Origin: Candidatus Pacearchaeota archaeon
GTDB taxonomy: Archaea > Nanobdellota > Nanobdellia > Pacearchaeales > GW2011-AR1
Reading direction: 5' to 3'
DNA: 34,914 bases
Assembly: GCA_017608945.1 (NCBI GenBank)
Contig: JAFCEY010000001.1
Coordinates: forward strand, 1 to 34,914
Shown piece after piece: positions 33,746-34,914 of this stretch. A program made the position numbers and the translations under genes. Every line of letters starts with the position of its first letter. Positions within the stretch are counted from its first letter, which is position 1. The notes beneath the pieces were generated by a model, which had not been told where the DNA came from, made no database searches, and worked only from the letters and a program-made list of their open reading frames with translations.

Positions 33746-34914
33746 ATGAACCTAGAAAATCTCTTGAAAAAAATCAAGAAGGCAAAAAATCACGTAAGAA
33801 ATGGATTGATCGCAGGATTAGTTGCTTCTGGATTATTTTTTTATTCATGTAATATAAATCCTCCAAAACCTGAACCAGAGCCACCAAAGCCAGATGAAGA
33901 AAATGAACTTTCAGAAAATACTCATATTTTGCCAGAACAGGATGCTCTTAAAATAACTGCTCTTTATGATGACGAAATAATTCTTTCAGAACCAATTTCT
34001 TATTTGTCTCCAGGTGATGTGATAGTTTCTAGTATTAGCGATGTAGCTCCTAATGGGGTTTTAAGAAAAGTGGAATATATTTCAGGAGATGGAAGAACAT
34101 TGTATACAGAGCCAGCGAATCTTGAAGAAGCTTTAAAAAATGCTGATTTTGAATTTCAAGGAAAACTTTCGCCGATTGATGTTAAATCTTTTTCTGGAAA
34201 AAAAGGAGTTTCAGAGATTTCAAATCCAAAATCATTATTTGATTTTAATATAAATCTTGATAATGTTGTTCTTTTTGACCAAGTAAAAGCAGATGGATAT
34301 ATCTCCTTTAATTCAGATTTTTATTTAAAATTTAAGATTAAAGATTTTAACCTTGATAAATTAATCTTTAAAAATATAACAAATGAAGATTCTAAAATTG
34401 AAATAAGTGCCTTGAACAATCTTGAAAACATTGGGAAGGAAGTGGAAATTGCTGAATATTATTTTCATCCTTTTATAGCAGGATATATTCCAGGAACAGT
34501 TTTTCCAATTATAATAACTCCAATACTTGAAGTAAATGTTGGTATGGATGGGAGTATTTCACCAATTGTTACTAGTGTAACTCAAAATGCAAATTTAACT
34601 GCTGGCTTAAGTTACGAAAATAGACAATGGAATCCAATATTTGATTTTTCAAATTATTTTTCTTGGATTCCTCCAGATTCACCAGAAATTTCATATCTAA
34701 AAGCTTATGCAGGACCAAGATTAAATTTTTTATTATATGGAGTAGCTGGCCCTTATGGAAAAATAGATTTTTATCTAAAATTAGATGCAGAACAATCTCC
34801 TTGGAAACTTTATGGTGGATTAGAAGCTGATTTAGGAGTAAAAATGCAGATATTTAGTTGGGATATAGCAGATTATTCTAAAAAAGTGATTGATTATGAG
34901 AAAGAATTGGCGAG
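33746..34914 (+). CDS. Hypothetical secreted/lipoprotein-like surface protein; 3' end runs off the window
   Basis: Open frame from ATG 33746 to the window end (my translation). Signal-anchor LIAGLVASGLFFYSC with a Cys lipobox-like site, then a Pro/Glu linker PPKPEPEPPKPDEE and a beta-rich domain. Confidence 0.6.
   Translation, partial: MNLENLLKKIKKAKNHVRNGLIAGLVASGLFFYSCNINPPKPEPEPPKPDEENELSENTHILPEQDALKITALYDDEIILSEPISYLSPGDVIVSSISDVAPNGVLRKVEYISGDGRTLYTEPANLEEALKNADFEFQGKLSPIDVKSFSGKKGVSEISNPKSLFDFNINLDNVVLFDQVKADGYISFNSDFYLKFKIKDFNLDKLIFKNITNEDSKIEISALNNLENIGKEVEIAEYYFHPFIAGYIPGTVFPIIITPILEVNVGMDGSISPIVTSVTQNANLTAGLSYENRQWNPIFDFSNYFSWIPPDSPEISYLKAYAGPRLNFLLYGVAGPYGKIDFYLKLDAEQSPWKLYGGLEADLGVKMQIFSWDIADYSKKVIDYEKELA

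Overview
A very AT-rich archaeal chromosomal segment. The eukaryote/archaea-type proteins L19e, L32e, S4e, L40e, aIF5A, aSUI1, P0/P1, AglB, Taw1 and prefoldin show it is archaeal. The small proteins with Lys/Glu-rich extensions suggest a DPANN-like uncultivated lineage, but that is inference only. Layout: (1) an N-glycosylation module (UDP-GlcNAc 2-epimerase, AglB oligosaccharyltransferase, GPT-family GlcNAc-1-P transferase) at 1-4836. (2) SpoIIM-like membrane protein, eIF2B-family/R15P-isomerase-like protein, prefoldin alpha, DUF106 (YidC/EMC3-like) and SecY at 4857-8916. (3) The complete archaeal ribosomal-protein supercluster on the minus strand, L3 to L15 (8919-20372), tightly packed with many ATGA stop/start overlaps. 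(4) Two unknown genes, an AI-2E permease and AMP phosphorylase. (5) Convergent tRNA-Ser(UGA, intron-containing) and tRNA-Thr(CGU). (6) An L1-P0-P1 stalk operon with a structured leader. (7) An aIF5A-L40e-S2P protease-Taw1 operon, an FKBP PPIase, FtsZ, SecE and a partial surface lipoprotein. The main oddity is a full-length bacterial-type sigma-70 factor (31257-32201) between aIF5A/FKBP and FtsZ/SecE. Other oddities: an in-frame TGA inside SecE although TGA is a normal stop elsewhere; two unannotated small ORFs wedged into the ribosomal operon (L30/L15 and L14/L24 junctions); a short P0 without the acidic tail; and Lys/Glu-rich extensions on uL22 and uS5. No CRISPR array, transposase, integrase or rRNA gene was seen.
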